Of a DNA stretch of 32,000 nt, positions 9,093-20,563 are shown one piece after another. The stretch is from Pseudidiomarina andamanensis (lineage in GTDB: Bacteria > Pseudomonadota > Gammaproteobacteria > Enterobacterales > Alteromonadaceae), in NCBI RefSeq assembly GCF_009734345.1, contig NZ_CP032551.1, positions 2,190,001 to 2,222,000 of the forward strand, read 5' to 3'. The position numbers and the translations under genes are program-made. Numbering within the stretch: the first letter of the stretch is position 1; every line of letters begins with the position of its first letter. A model generated the notes under the pieces. It was given only the letters and a program-made list of their open reading frames with translations. It made no database searches and had not been told where the DNA came from.

Positions 9093-9371
9093 TCATTGCT
9101 CTTCATCAAAGCGAGATTCAATTAAGTTTGCAATTGCATCAACTGCTTGGAGGGCATCTTTACCTTCAGCAACAATATCTATTTCACGTCCTTGACCGCT
9201 AGCGAGCAGCAATAAACACATCACACTCGACGCGTCGACGTGCTGTTCGCCTTGCACAATGGATACTTTTGCATCAAATTCATGAGTGAGTTTGGCAAGC
9301 TTCGTTGCGGCGCGAGCATGCAATCCGAGTTTATTACGAATGGTAACGGTGCGACGGATAGCTTCAGTCAT
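9093..9371 (-). CDS. ptsO: Nitrogen-PTS phosphocarrier protein NPr
   Basis: 92 aa and HPr-like, with the active-site context KLGLHARAA. It lies downstream of rapZ as in the enterobacterial rpoN operon. Confidence 0.9.
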   Translation of the reverse strand: MTEAIRRTVTIRNKLGLHARAATKLAKLTHEFDAKVSIVQGEQHVDASSVMCLLLLASGQGREIDIVAEGKDALQAVDAIANLIESRFDEEQ

Positions 9372-9398
9372 AATGTAACCTTAGTGAATTCTTGGGTT

Positions 9399-10256
9399 TC
9401 AAGTTTTCTTGTGACGGCTTGATTCGCGATGTCGAACTTGAACCTTGAATGGTTGCTCACTGAAACGCTTGGCAAGTTGCTCAGCAATATAGACAGAGCG
9501 GTGTTGACCGCCGGTGCAGCCAATGCCGATAGTCAGGTAGCTACGATTACTGCGTTGAAAATGCGGCAACCAAGTTTCAAAGAACACTTCTAACTGGTGG
9601 ATAAACTTCGTCACTAACGGTTGTTGCTCAAAAAAATGTTGAACGGCAGGATCGTTGCCGGTTAATGGCTTAAGTTCAGGAACCCAGTGCGGGTTGGGCA
9701 GTATGCGCGCATCAAACGCATAATCTAAATCAGGCGGAAGGCCATATTTATAGCCAAATGATTGAAATACAACAATTAAGCGAGAAGCTGCTTTGCCAAG
9801 TACACGCTCAGAAACCTGCTCACTGAGCTGGTGGACGCTCAGATCACTACTATCAATTCGCCATGTCGCACGCTCTGCTAAGGGTTCTAGCATAGCTGCC
9901 TCTGCAGCTAGCGCATCAGCTAATGGCATTTCTTTTTGCGACAATGGATGCAAACGGCGAGTTTCGCCAAATCGACGAAGTAAAATCGCTTCCGACGAAT
10001 CAATGTAGAGTATCTCGGGTTTGACCTTACTAGGTAAAAAATCCAGTGCTTCTGTGAGCTCATTTTGATCAGGTGGAAGATTTCGAACATCAACGCTAAC
10101 GGCAACTTTATCGTATTGGTCAATTACCGCGTGTACCAGCGTTGGCATCAAGGTAATTGGTAAATTATCGACACAGTAATAGCCGAGATCTTCGAGAACT
10201 CTCAGAGCAATGGTTTTACCTGAGCCAGATCGGCCTGTGACAATAATTAGTTGCAT
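9399..10256 (-). CDS. rapZ: RNase adapter protein RapZ (YhbJ)
   Basis: 285 aa with the P-loop GRSGSGKT near the N-terminus and the conserved C-terminal GCTGGQHRSV motif. Confidence 0.95.
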   Translation of the reverse strand: MQLIIVTGRSGSGKTIALRVLEDLGYYCVDNLPITLMPTLVHAVIDQYDKVAVSVDVRNLPPDQNELTEALDFLPSKVKPEILYIDSSEAILLRRFGETRRLHPLSQKEMPLADALAAEAAMLEPLAERATWRIDSSDLSVHQLSEQVSERVLGKAASRLIVVFQSFGYKYGLPPDLDYAFDARILPNPHWVPELKPLTGNDPAVQHFFEQQPLVTKFIHQLEVFFETWLPHFQRSNRSYLTIGIGCTGGQHRSVYIAEQLAKRFSEQPFKVQVRHRESSRHKKT

Positions 10257-10268
10257 GTCGCTATCAAC

Positions 10269-10715
10269 TTACCCCGTGAACAGGTCATATAATTCTTGAT
10301 CGCTGTGGGCATCTCGTAAAGCCCGCGTACAATTCTTATCGTTTAATCGCTGTGCTACTGAAGCAAGTGTTTGTAGGTGTTGCTCGTGTTGATCTTCGGG
10401 TACGAGCAAGGCAAAAATAATATCCACCGGCTGGTTGTCTATGGCATCGAAGTCGATTGGTGATGACAGCGTGAAAAGAACAGCAACAGGTTTGTTGGCA
10501 CTCGCTAATCGTCCATGCGGTATAGCAACGCCCATGCCAATGCCGGTACTCCCTAATCTTTCGCGATTAAGCAGGCTCTCAAAAACATCGAAGCTGGTGG
10601 TGCCAGACAGGCGAGGGGCGGCCAATTGGCCGATGAGCTCAAGTACTTTCTTTTTACTCGAGCCGTCGACTGCACAGCGCGTGCAGTCGGGGCTTAACAA
10701 GGTGGATAAATCCAT
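10269..10715 (-). CDS. ptsN: Nitrogen-PTS enzyme IIA (EIIA-Ntr)
   Basis: 148 aa with the phosphorylatable His context GVAIPHGR. It lies between hpf and rapZ. Confidence 0.9.
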   Translation of the reverse strand: MDLSTLLSPDCTRCAVDGSSKKKVLELIGQLAAPRLSGTTSFDVFESLLNRERLGSTGIGMGVAIPHGRLASANKPVAVLFTLSSPIDFDAIDNQPVDIIFALLVPEDQHEQHLQTLASVAQRLNDKNCTRALRDAHSDQELYDLFTG

Positions 10716-10718
10716 GAT

Positions 10719-11006
10719 TTAGTGACGTTTCATCTTTTCTTTATGTTTAATAACCTGCCGATCGAGTTTATCGATCAACCCGTCAATGGCCGCGTACATA
10801 TCTTGGTGCTCTGAATCTGCGAAAATTTCGCCGCCATTCAAATGCAGCGTAGCTTCCGCTTTTTGCGTCAACTTTTCAACATTTAAAATGACATGGACGT
10901 TGTTTATGTGGTCAAAGTGGCGTTCAAGCTTACTAAATTTGCTATCAACGTACTCGCGTAATGCGTCAGTGATTTCTACGTGATGACCAGTCAGATTAAT
11001 TTGCAT
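10719..11006 (-). CDS. hpf: Ribosome hibernation promoting factor (short form)
   Basis: 95 aa beginning MQINLTGHHVEITDALREYV..., typical of YhbH/HPF. It lies immediately downstream of rpoN. Confidence 0.92.
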   Translation of the reverse strand: MQINLTGHHVEITDALREYVDSKFSKLERHFDHINNVHVILNVEKLTQKAEATLHLNGGEIFADSEHQDMYAAIDGLIDKLDRQVIKHKEKMKRH

Positions 11007-11032
11007 AACATCTTCCTTCTGTTGTCCAAGAT

Positions 11033-12406
11033 TCAGATAAGACGTTTGCGTTGACTCGAGGGCGGAATATTCAGTGCCTCTCGATACTTCGCAATGGTCC
11101 GTCTAGCTACTTGGATACCCTGTTCCGAAAGGAGTTCAGTTAGTTTACTGTCACTCAACGGCTTTTTTGGGTTCTCCGTAGCAACTAGCTTTTTCAGCAA
11201 CGCCCGAATGGCGGTAGATGAAGCTTCTCCACCAGTATCAGTGCCAAGCTGGCTTGAGAAGAAGTACTTCAATTCAAACACACCACGCGGTGAATGCATA
11301 TACTTTTGCGTGGTAACTCGAGAAATAGTTGATTCGTGCATGTCGACGGCGCCTGCAATATCAGCTAACACCATAGGTTTCATCGCTTCTTCGCCGTGAT
11401 CAAAGAACCCTTGTTGGCGCACTACAATAGCGTTCGCAACCTTGAGCAGCGTTTCGTTACGGCTTTCGAGGCTACGGATAAACCATTTTGCTTCTTGTGT
11501 TTGGTGGCGTATGTATTGCATATCGTCAGTTTGGCGTGTGCCTTGGCATAACTTTATGTAACTATCATTTACCTTAAGTTTAGGCACACTTTCTGGATTT
11601 AGCTCAACCATCCAACGATTATTTTTTTTGCGCACTAAAATGTCAGGAATAACGTAGTCATCGTCGCTGTTACTAAAAGCTTCGCCAGGACGCGGTTGGA
11701 GGTGCTGGATCAGATCAATGACTGCAGCCAAATCGTCTTCATTCAAACGTAATCGCCGAGCTAAGGTTCGGTAATCGCGACTGCCAAGAAGGGTTAAATG
11801 CTCACGTACTGTCAGCAACGCTTCTTCTCGCCATTGTGTGCTTGCCGGTAAATGCTGTAATTGTAATGTGAGGCATTCGCCAACGTCTCGCGCACCGACA
11901 CCAATCGGGTCAAAATGTTGGATGCGCTTCAATACGACAGCAACTTCGTCGAGCTCAACCTCGTCATCAATTTGCCGATTAACCGCACTGATAATTTCTT
12001 CAAGAGAGACAGTCAAATAACCACTGTCGTCAATCGCATCAATAATCGCTAAAGCAATAGTCTCGTCAAGAGTAGAAAAATGGGAGAGTTGCATTTGCCA
12101 TATCAAATGGTCGTGCAAATTCGTATTCGTTGCGCCCTCAAAAACTGAATCTTCGCCGTCATAGCTTCCGCCAGACTGTCCAAGTGCCGCTGAGCACGGG
12201 CTATCCCATAGGTCATCATTGTCATTAAGCGCAGTTTCGCCTTCTGCCTCAGCTTGTTCAAGTTCTAACAGTGGGTTTTCTTCCAGTGCTTGCTGAATCT
12301 CTTGTTGTAATTCGAGGGTTGAAAGTTGGAGAAGCTTAATCGCCTGCTGCAGCTGCGGAGTCATCGACAGCTGCTGAGAGAATTTGAACTGCAGACCTTG
12401 TTTCAT
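11033..12406 (-). CDS. rpoN: RNA polymerase sigma-54 factor
   Basis: The N-terminus [33 protein letters not shown] closely resembles E. coli RpoN. The C-terminal RpoN box [10 protein letters not shown] is present. 457 aa. Confidence 0.97.
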   Translation of the reverse strand: MKQGLQFKFSQQLSMTPQLQQAIKLLQLSTLELQQEIQQALEENPLLELEQAEAEGETALNDNDDLWDSPCSAALGQSGGSYDGEDSVFEGATNTNLHDHLIWQMQLSHFSTLDETIALAIIDAIDDSGYLTVSLEEIISAVNRQIDDEVELDEVAVVLKRIQHFDPIGVGARDVGECLTLQLQHLPASTQWREEALLTVREHLTLLGSRDYRTLARRLRLNEDDLAAVIDLIQHLQPRPGEAFSNSDDDYVIPDILVRKKNNRWMVELNPESVPKLKVNDSYIKLCQGTRQTDDMQYIRHQTQEAKWFIRSLESRNETLLKVANAIVVRQQGFFDHGEEAMKPMVLADIAGAVDMHESTISRVTTQKYMHSPRGVFELKYFFSSQLGTDTGGEASSTAIRALLKKLVATENPKKPLSDSKLTELLSEQGIQVARRTIAKYREALNIPPSSQRKRLI

Positions 12407-12414
12407 TGCATCAC

Positions 12415-13140
12415 CTAGAGGGTGAACTGCTCACCCAAATACACGTCTTTAACCTGTTGGTTATTTAAGATGGTATGGGCATCGCCAGTCGCAATTAACT
12501 CGCCATGGCTAACTATGTAGGCATTTTCACAAACAGATAAGGTTTCGCGAACGTTGTGGTCGGTTATTAAAACACCGATGCCTCGATTTTTCAGATGCTC
12601 GATGATTTTTTTAATATCCAATACAGAAATTGGGTCGACGCCAGCAAATGGCTCATCAAGTAAAATAAAAGCAGGATCTGCGGCCAGTGCGCGGGCAATC
12701 TCAACGCGACGGCGTTCACCGCCCGATAAGCTCATGCCTAAACTGTTGGCAATGTGACCGATATGAAACTCTTCAAGCAGACCATCGAGACGCTCTTCTC
12801 GAGCATTCGCATCAAGGTCCTTTCGGGTTTCCAATATCGCCATGATGTTGTCGCGAACCGTCAACTTTCTGAATATTGATGATTCTTGTGGCAAGTAACC
12901 AATACCGCGACGAGCGCGCTCGTGCATTGGCAATAACGAAATGTCGTCATCGTCAATCATGATGCGTCCTTTATCGTTATTTACCAAGCCAACAATCATG
13001 TAAAACGTGGTAGTTTTACCTGCGCCGTTTGGGCCAAGTAATCCAATAATCTGACCGGATTCAACGGTTAAACTGACATCTTTAACCACTTGTCGTTTGT
13101 TATATGACTTCGCGAGATGTTCAGCGATTAATCGGCTCAT
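12415..13140 (-). CDS. lptB: LPS export ABC transporter ATPase LptB
   Basis: Starting at the [13 protein letters not shown] methionine (13140) gives 241 aa, the same as E. coli LptB. Walker [10 protein letters not shown] and signature LSGGERRR are present. The 13233 start in the ORF track runs through lptA and is rejected. Confidence 0.95.
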   Translation of the reverse strand: MSRLIAEHLAKSYNKRQVVKDVSLTVESGQIIGLLGPNGAGKTTTFYMIVGLVNNDKGRIMIDDDDISLLPMHERARRGIGYLPQESSIFRKLTVRDNIMAILETRKDLDANAREERLDGLLEEFHIGHIANSLGMSLSGGERRRVEIARALAADPAFILLDEPFAGVDPISVLDIKKIIEHLKNRGIGVLITDHNVRETLSVCENAYIVSHGELIATGDAHTILNNQQVKDVYLGEQFTL

Positions 13141-13654
13141 TCTGGTTGTCGCTCTTTTTCTTTGGCATAAAAATAGTAGTAACGCGATCGCTTTCGTTTT
13201 CACCGCGACTGGCTGTAAGTTGTTGCGTAGCAAAGTTGTAGATAATCTCGTTACCTTGAATCACGCTATTGTCTTGCGAGACTTTCACATTGCCAGACAA
13301 CGTTAATAATTGCTTGTTTTGATCGTAACTAATTATGTCTGCTTCGGCCGAAATAGGTGAACCGTCGTCAAGCTTCTGCTCATAAATGGCAGGACTACCT
13401 TTGGCCGTAAAAACATCGGTTTGATCATCGCGACGAGTCACTTCAAGGTGATCGGCGCGAATCGATAAACTGCCCTGACGAATGACAACATTGTCTTCAA
13501 ACACCGCAACTTTATTGGCGACATCAAAAGAGTCTCGGTCGGCATTAATTTGAATTGGCTTATCGAAATCTTCACGACCTTGCGCGGCAGCATCATCGAC
13601 GTAGGCCGTATTAATTGTTAGTAGCGCTACGACCGGTATAAATCGTTTCAACAT
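13121..13654 (-). CDS. lptA: LPS transport periplasmic protein LptA
   Basis: 177 aa with a signal-peptide-like N-terminus and OstA-type beta-jellyroll repeats alignable to E. coli LptA. It overlaps lptB by 20 nt and lptC by 44 nt. Confidence 0.87.
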   Translation of the reverse strand: MLKRFIPVVALLTINTAYVDDAAAQGREDFDKPIQINADRDSFDVANKVAVFEDNVVIRQGSLSIRADHLEVTRRDDQTDVFTAKGSPAIYEQKLDDGSPISAEADIISYDQNKQLLTLSGNVKVSQDNSVIQGNEIIYNFATQQLTASRGENESDRVTTIFMPKKKSDNQNEPINR

Positions 13655-14186
13655 GTTTAGTCATTTCCAATGTTTGAGCGCGCATATCGGCACGCAGACC
13701 TTCACCTCTTGCCGTAAAATCACGGCCGATAATTAACACCGGTTGTTCTGTGACAACCGTTTCTTCACGCGTATCTATGGTTAAGTAACTGGTTTCGATA
13801 CGTTCAATAAATTCTTCTGACGAGAGACTCATCATTTCAATGTTTCGTTCTAATACAAGTGTCTTGTCAGCATAAAAAGAGCCTTGTTCAGCTCGCACTT
13901 GCCAAACCGGGCCACCGTTGCTGAGTTGTGCAATGTAGGTTGGCGCCATAAGTTCGGTAAGGCCTATGGGGCTATAATGCGTCATTTGTTCGGCAGCAAT
14001 CTTGTGCGCAAGTTCACCTTGCTCGCCGTAAACCCGAACAATCAAGCCTTTCGCTGTGAAATCCGGTTTGATTTCTCGATAACCTTGTTGCTCTTCGGTG
14101 CCATCTCCGTCGTCGAACGGACGCCAAATAAGTACCGCCGCCGCAAGAAAAATAACTCCGATGACAATCAGTAAGTTGCGGTTCAC
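13611..14186 (-). CDS. lptC: LPS export system protein LptC
   Basis: 191 aa with a single N-terminal TM anchor (LLIVIGVIFLAAAVLIW). The GTG start overlaps the kdsC stop (GTGA). Its position between kdsC and lptA fits lptC. Confidence 0.8.
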   Translation of the reverse strand: MNRNLLIVIGVIFLAAAVLIWRPFDDGDGTEEQQGYREIKPDFTAKGLIVRVYGEQGELAHKIAAEQMTHYSPIGLTELMAPTYIAQLSNGGPVWQVRAEQGSFYADKTLVLERNIEMMSLSSEEFIERIETSYLTIDTREETVVTEQPVLIIGRDFTARGEGLRADMRAQTLEMTKHVETIYTGRSATNN

Positions 14187-14737
14187 AAACTGACGCCCCC
14201 GTGCAATTGCAATTGGCCTTGAGCGAGTAAAATCAAGTCGCTCAGTTCGCGCACCGCACCATAACCCCCGCGTTGCGAGGTAACATAGTCTGCTGATTGC
14301 TGAACATACGGATGGCCGTCTTGAACGGAAATGCTGAGACCACTGTGCTTAAGCATATCAATATCGGGCACATCGTCACCAATGCTAGCTACCTGGTGTT
14401 CCTCCATATCTAATTTTGCAAGAAGTTGCTGGAAACAACTTAACTTATCTTCTTGGCCTTGATAAATATGTGTTACACCAAGCGCAGTCATGCGGTTTTC
14501 AACAATGGCCGAACGACGCCCAGTAATGACCGCTACCTCGATACCAGCATTGAGCAGTGCTTTGACGCCGAAACCATCACGTGTATTAAACGCCTTGAGC
14601 TCTTCGCCCTGGTTGCCTAAATAAATACAGCCGTCGGAAAACACGCCATCGACGTCGCATACAACAAGCTTGATTTGTTTGAAACGCTCAAATAACACGG
14701 CAGTGATATCGCCGTACCAAGTACTAATCATTTCCAT
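14183..14737 (-). CDS. kdsC: KDO-8-phosphate phosphatase
   Basis: 184 aa with the HAD motif I VCDVDGVFSDG. It lies downstream of kdsD with a 1-nt TAATG overlap. Confidence 0.92.
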   Translation of the reverse strand: MEMISTWYGDITAVLFERFKQIKLVVCDVDGVFSDGCIYLGNQGEELKAFNTRDGFGVKALLNAGIEVAVITGRRSAIVENRMTALGVTHIYQGQEDKLSCFQQLLAKLDMEEHQVASIGDDVPDIDMLKHSGLSISVQDGHPYVQQSADYVTSQRGGYGAVRELSDLILLAQGQLQLHGGVSL

Positions 14738-15717
14738 TACATGACTCCGGCTTTCAGAAGGTCGTGCATGTTGAGTGCGCCTTGCGGCACACCGTGATCA
14801 TCCACTACAAACAAGCCATTTATTTTACGATCTTCCATCAGCTTTAAGCCCTGCGCAGCCAACACATCGGGTTTAATCGTGACAGGATTTCGGGTCATCA
14901 CTTGTGCGATAGCAGTACTATGAAGATCAATCCGTTGGTCGAGGATACGACGCAAGTCGCCATCGGTAAAGATACCGGCGAGACCACCTTCGGCGTTAGC
15001 GACTCCGGTCATGCCAAGACCTTTGCGTGACATTTCTAACAAAGCCTCAGAAATCGTTGCCTGTTCATTAACCATCGGCATACGTTCACCGCCATGCATC
15101 ACATCATGAATGTGTAGCAGTAACCGACGCCCCAAGCTACCACCTGGGTGTGACATAGCGAAATCGTCTGCGGTAAAGCCTCGAGCATTTAACAGTGCCA
15201 CAGCAAGTGCGTCGCCCATAACTAAAGTAGCGGTGGTAGAAGAGGTTGGAGCGAGTCCGAGTGGGCAAGCTTCTTGCTCGACAGCAATACAGACATGCAC
15301 ATCGGCAATGTCTGCCAACGTTGATTTAGGGTTGCCAGTCATACTAACGAGTTTAACGCCACGGCGCTTTATTAATGGTGCAATGGCTAACAGCTCGCCA
15401 GTTTCTCCTGAGTTAGAAATAGCAACAACCACGTCATGCTCGGTAATCATGCCAAGATCACCATGGCTCGCTTCACCGGGGTGAACAAAAAATGCGGGTG
15501 TTCCAGTTGATGCCAGTGTTGCTGCAATTTTCCCACCAATATGACCGGATTTACCCATGCCAATAACAATCACCCTACCGCGGCAATTTAGCAACAGTTC
15601 ACACGCCTGCTCAAAGTCATCATTCAAAAACCGTTTTAAGCCAGAAACGGCAGCAGTTTCGATATCAATAACGCGCTCGCCAAGTTGGCGAAATGAATGT
15701 TTGTTGGTTTCGGTCAT
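14737..15717 (-). CDS. kdsD: Arabinose-5-phosphate isomerase (SIS + tandem CBS)
   Basis: 326 aa with the SIS motif GMGKSGHIGGKIAATLASTGTP and a C-terminal CBS pair. Confidence 0.95.
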   Translation of the reverse strand: MTETNKHSFRQLGERVIDIETAAVSGLKRFLNDDFEQACELLLNCRGRVIVIGMGKSGHIGGKIAATLASTGTPAFFVHPGEASHGDLGMITEHDVVVAISNSGETGELLAIAPLIKRRGVKLVSMTGNPKSTLADIADVHVCIAVEQEACPLGLAPTSSTTATLVMGDALAVALLNARGFTADDFAMSHPGGSLGRRLLLHIHDVMHGGERMPMVNEQATISEALLEMSRKGLGMTGVANAEGGLAGIFTDGDLRRILDQRIDLHSTAIAQVMTRNPVTIKPDVLAAQGLKLMEDRKINGLFVVDDHGVPQGALNMHDLLKAGVM

Positions 15718-15905
15718 AACTGGTTTTACTCCGTCCCAAAGTGATGGGATTTGTTATTGACTGCAATAATAACCGATCGAAAAGCGAAATGCAGACGTAA
15801 AAAGCACGGGAACACACGAATTGTCACAATTTTTACCGCCTTCACCTGTAGCAAAAGCGCTAAATCTGGTACACTAGCGGGCTCGAAAAGGGAGATATCA
15901 AGGCG

Positions 15906-16769
15906 ATGCAGACGGCTCAAAATTCAACGAGCACCCAGCCACAAACTCACGCTGATGATGAAGCACTTGTTGTCATCGACAATATAGACTTCGCGCATGG
16001 GTTCGGCGCTCACCAAGTTTATCGTGGTTTATCGATGCGAATCCCAAAAGGGAAAATCACCGCAGTGATGGGCCCAAGTGGTATCGGTAAAACAACCTTA
16101 TTGCGACTTATTGGTGCACAGTTACGTCCACAGCAAGGGAGCATTACCTTTGCTGGTGAAAATATTCATGCCTTAGGGCGCTCCGATTTGTACGAGTTGC
16201 GAAAGCGCATGAGCATGCTGTTCCAAAGTGGCGCATTGTTTACCGATATGACCGTATTCGACAATATCGCGTTTCCGATTCGTGAACACAGTGTGTTGCC
16301 TGAAGAAATCATCGACACCATTGTGAAGTTAAAGCTTGAAGCTGTCGGTTTGCGTGGTGCGCGGCATTTGATGCCAGCTGAATTATCCGGTGGTATGGCA
16401 CGTCGCGCGGCTTTAGCGCGCGCTATCGCTCTTGACCCTGAATTAATTATGTATGACGAGCCGTTTGCCGGCCAAGATCCTATTTCAATGGGGGTTATAG
16501 TTAAGTTGATAAAAGAACTGAATCAATCACTTGGCTTAACCAGCATTGTTGTTACTCATGACGTTGCTGAAGTCATGACGATTGCGGATTACGTTTATAT
16601 TATCGCCGACAAGAAAGTGGTTGGTCATGGCACACCAAGCCAGCTAGAAGCATCAGATGATCCTCTGGTTCATCAATTTTTGCATGGTGAAGCAGATGGC
16701 CCTGTGCCGTTCCATTATGCCGCGCCATCTTTAGAAGATGAGTTATTAGGGGGCAACAATGCTGGATAG
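15906..16769 (+). CDS. mlaF: Phospholipid ABC transporter ATPase MlaF
   Basis: Long stretches closely match my recollection of E. coli MlaF ([49 protein letters not shown]). The only in-frame ATG ahead of the conserved region is at 15906. Confidence 0.93.
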   Translation: MQTAQNSTSTQPQTHADDEALVVIDNIDFAHGFGAHQVYRGLSMRIPKGKITAVMGPSGIGKTTLLRLIGAQLRPQQGSITFAGENIHALGRSDLYELRKRMSMLFQSGALFTDMTVFDNIAFPIREHSVLPEEIIDTIVKLKLEAVGLRGARHLMPAELSGGMARRAALARAIALDPELIMYDEPFAGQDPISMGVIVKLIKELNQSLGLTSIVVTHDVAEVMTIADYVYIIADKKVVGHGTPSQLEASDDPLVHQFLHGEADGPVPFHYAAPSLEDELLGGNNAG

Positions 16770-17535
16770 AGTCGCCGCGTTAGGGCGTACAACCCTCGAC
16801 ACGATAGCTGGCGCTGGCGCTGCGTTTTTCATGTTGATGCGGGCGTTGATAGGCAAGCCCAACTTGCGTAAATCATGGCCGTTACTGATGCAACAAATGT
16901 ACTCAGTTGGTGTCCTATCGCTAGTTATTATAGTGGTGAGTGGTTTATTCATAGGGATGGTATTGGGCCTCCAAGGGTATACCATTTTGGTGGACTTCGG
17001 CGCTGAACAATCGCTCGGTCCCATGGTCGCACTATCATTGTTGCGGGAATTAGGCCCAGTAGTTACAGCTTTGCTATTTGCCGGCCGTGCCGGTTCGGCA
17101 CTAACGGCAGAAATTGGATTAATGAAGGCGACTGAACAGTTATCAAGTCTCGAAATGATGGGCGTTGACCCGCTGCGTCGCGTTATTTCACCGCGTTTCT
17201 GGGCTGGTTTTTACAGCATGCCTATTCTCGCTATCGTATTTTCAGCCGTTGGTATCTATGGCGGTTATCTTGTCGGTGTACGTTGGTTAGGTGTTGATGA
17301 CGGTGCATTTTGGTCGGTCATGCAATCGAACGTAGAGTGGGGGCAAGATATCGTGAACGGTATTATCAAAAGTTTAGTGTTCGCATTCGTGGTGACCTGG
17401 ATAGCCTTGCATAAAGGGTATAGCTGCACGCCGACTTCGGTAGGTATCAGTCGCGCCACAACATCGACGGTGGTCACGGCATCACTTGCCGTGCTTGGCC
17501 TCGACTTCGTATTAACAGCATTGATGTTTGGATAA
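16759..17535 (+). CDS. mlaE: Phospholipid ABC transporter permease MlaE
   Basis: 258 aa multi-TM protein. It overlaps mlaF by 11 nt and follows the conserved mla gene order. Confidence 0.93.
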   Translation: MLDRVAALGRTTLDTIAGAGAAFFMLMRALIGKPNLRKSWPLLMQQMYSVGVLSLVIIVVSGLFIGMVLGLQGYTILVDFGAEQSLGPMVALSLLRELGPVVTALLFAGRAGSALTAEIGLMKATEQLSSLEMMGVDPLRRVISPRFWAGFYSMPILAIVFSAVGIYGGYLVGVRWLGVDDGAFWSVMQSNVEWGQDIVNGIIKSLVFAFVVTWIALHKGYSCTPTSVGISRATTSTVVTASLAVLGLDFVLTALMFG

Positions 17536-17540
17536 GAGCT

Positions 17541-18008
17541 ATGGAATCAAGAAATACACAATTAGCAGTCGGTTTCTTTGTCATTATTGGCGTTCTGGCA
17601 TTGTTATTTTTGGGCTTACAAGCAGCCAACACCAGTGTTGTGACTAATGGTGAAACATATAAACTTTATGCAAAGTTCGACAACATTGGTGGACTAAAAG
17701 AGCGTTCTCCGGTCAAAGTAGGTGGTGTGGTTGTTGGCCGGGTGAGCAAAATATCGCTCAGTGGCGATTATTACGAGCCGTTAGTCGAGATGACGATTAG
17801 TAAGGAATACAGTGAATTTTCTGACACGACCTCTGTCTCAATTCTTACTTCGGGCCTTTTAGGTGAACAATATATTGGGTTGAATCCCGGCTTTATCGAC
17901 GACACGGTTGAAATGTTAAAAGACGGCGACCAAATTTATGACACCAAATCAGCGCTCGTGTTGGAAGACTTGATTGGTCAGTTCCTGTTTAGTCAGGGTA
18001 ACGATTAA
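17541..18008 (+). CDS. mlaD: MCE-domain phospholipid-binding protein MlaD
   Basis: 155 aa with an N-terminal TM anchor followed by an MCE domain (...VKVGGVVVGRVSKISL...). Confidence 0.9.
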   Translation: MESRNTQLAVGFFVIIGVLALLFLGLQAANTSVVTNGETYKLYAKFDNIGGLKERSPVKVGGVVVGRVSKISLSGDYYEPLVEMTISKEYSEFSDTTSVSILTSGLLGEQYIGLNPGFIDDTVEMLKDGDQIYDTKSALVLEDLIGQFLFSQGND

Positions 18009-18017
18009 GGAGTACGT

Positions 18018-18683
18018 ATGAAGAAGTGGTTGGTAGCAGTGTTGATCGCGGTATCAGCGTTCGCTGGTGGCAATGTTGCTCAGGCTGAGTTGATTCGCGA
18101 CGAGAACCCATACGTTTTGTTGGAAAAATTGGCGAATAAAACTATTGAGCGCATTGAGCAAGATCGCGCCATGATTGACGAAGATATTAACCATATCCGT
18201 GTCATCATCCGCGAAGAAATGATGCCATATGTCGATTATGTGTATGCGGCGAAGCGCGTTTTAGGTCGTAATTTAACGGAAACAACCGAAGAGCAGCGCC
18301 AAGAATTTTACACGGTATTTCGTGATTACCTGATTACGACTTATGCAGGAGCATTCACTCAGTACGACGAAAGCAAACATACGATAGAGTTTGCTGACTC
18401 GGGTCGTTTCGAAAAAGGCAGCCGCATGGTTGTGGTGAACACACGACTGGTTGAAGAAGGCCGTCCGCCAGTTCGCCTTGATTTCAAAATGCGCTATGAC
18501 AATGGTGACGATGTGTGGAAAGCTTACGACCTAGTTGTAGAAGGGGTGAGCTTACTAAACAGTAAACAAGCCGAAATAAGTGCGGTAATCCGCAGTAATG
18601 GTATTGATGGAACCATTGCGTTATTGCGGGAAAAAGCACAGGAATCAGTAAAACCACATGATGACAGTGTAGGTGTTGAGTAA
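18018..18683 (+). CDS. mlaC: Periplasmic phospholipid-binding protein MlaC (Ttg2D family)
   Basis: 221 aa with a signal peptide (MKKWLVAVLIAVSAFAGGNVAQA), located in the mla operon. Confidence 0.88.
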   Translation: MKKWLVAVLIAVSAFAGGNVAQAELIRDENPYVLLEKLANKTIERIEQDRAMIDEDINHIRVIIREEMMPYVDYVYAAKRVLGRNLTETTEEQRQEFYTVFRDYLITTYAGAFTQYDESKHTIEFADSGRFEKGSRMVVVNTRLVEEGRPPVRLDFKMRYDNGDDVWKAYDLVVEGVSLLNSKQAEISAVIRSNGIDGTIALLREKAQESVKPHDDSVGVE

Positions 18684-18997
18684 TGAAAAGTTGCGAATGG
18701 CAGCGTAATGAGCAGAATGAAATTGCGCTGTCGGGTGAACTCGACCGCATGACGGTGCCACTGTTATGGAAGCAACGTAAAAGCTGGCTTCATGGTGAGC
18801 AAGTGCTCACTTTGAATCTTGCGGGTGTCACGAAAGTTGACTCTGCAGGGGTTGCCATGCTGCTTGAAACAAAACGAGCCGTCTTAGCTGAGCAACGCGA
18901 ACTAGTGATTACAAACGCAAACCAGCAACTCCACTCAATGGTGCAGGTAAGTGGCGTAGAAGCATTACTGCAGCTTGACGAACATACAGATAAATAA
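18683..18997 (+). CDS. mlaB: STAS-domain protein MlaB
   Basis: 104 aa with an anti-sigma-antagonist-like fold signature (VTKVDSAGVAMLLE). Its ATG overlaps the mlaC stop. Confidence 0.85.
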   Translation: MKSCEWQRNEQNEIALSGELDRMTVPLLWKQRKSWLHGEQVLTLNLAGVTKVDSAGVAMLLETKRAVLAEQRELVITNANQQLHSMVQVSGVEALLQLDEHTDK

Positions 18998-19006
18998 AGC
19001 GATTAA

Positions 19007-19273
19007 ATGAATATGATGACAGCAGAATCCATTCAACAGCACTTGCTGGATGAACTCGATGTAACCGAGGTTTTGGTAAAACTAGATGGCAGCCACGCAA
19101 ACATTACCGTGGTTGGTGATGTTTTCGCAGAACTCTCGCGAGTGAAAAAGCAGCAGGTTGTTTATGCCCCGTTGAAAGAGTTAATTGCGAGTGGTGAATT
19201 ACATGCTGTCTCGATTCGTACCTATACCCCTACCGAATGGCAGCGTGAGAAAAAACTCGCGATGCTTAGCTAA
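19007..19273 (+). CDS. ibaG: BolA-family protein IbaG
   Basis: 88 aa containing SRVKKQQVVYAPL...HAVSIRTYTPTEW, which matches E. coli IbaG closely. It lies between mlaB and murA. The exact start among the MNMM codons is uncertain. Confidence 0.9.
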   Translation: MNMMTAESIQQHLLDELDVTEVLVKLDGSHANITVVGDVFAELSRVKKQQVVYAPLKELIASGELHAVSIRTYTPTEWQREKKLAMLS

Positions 19274-20557
<1,284 letters not shown>

Positions 20558-20563
20558 CGTTTG

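Noticed and set aside
13141-13233. The ORF track extends the N-terminus of lptB to give 272 aa.
   Set aside because: The extension overlaps lptA out of frame. Starting at 13140 gives 241 aa, the same length as E. coli LptB.
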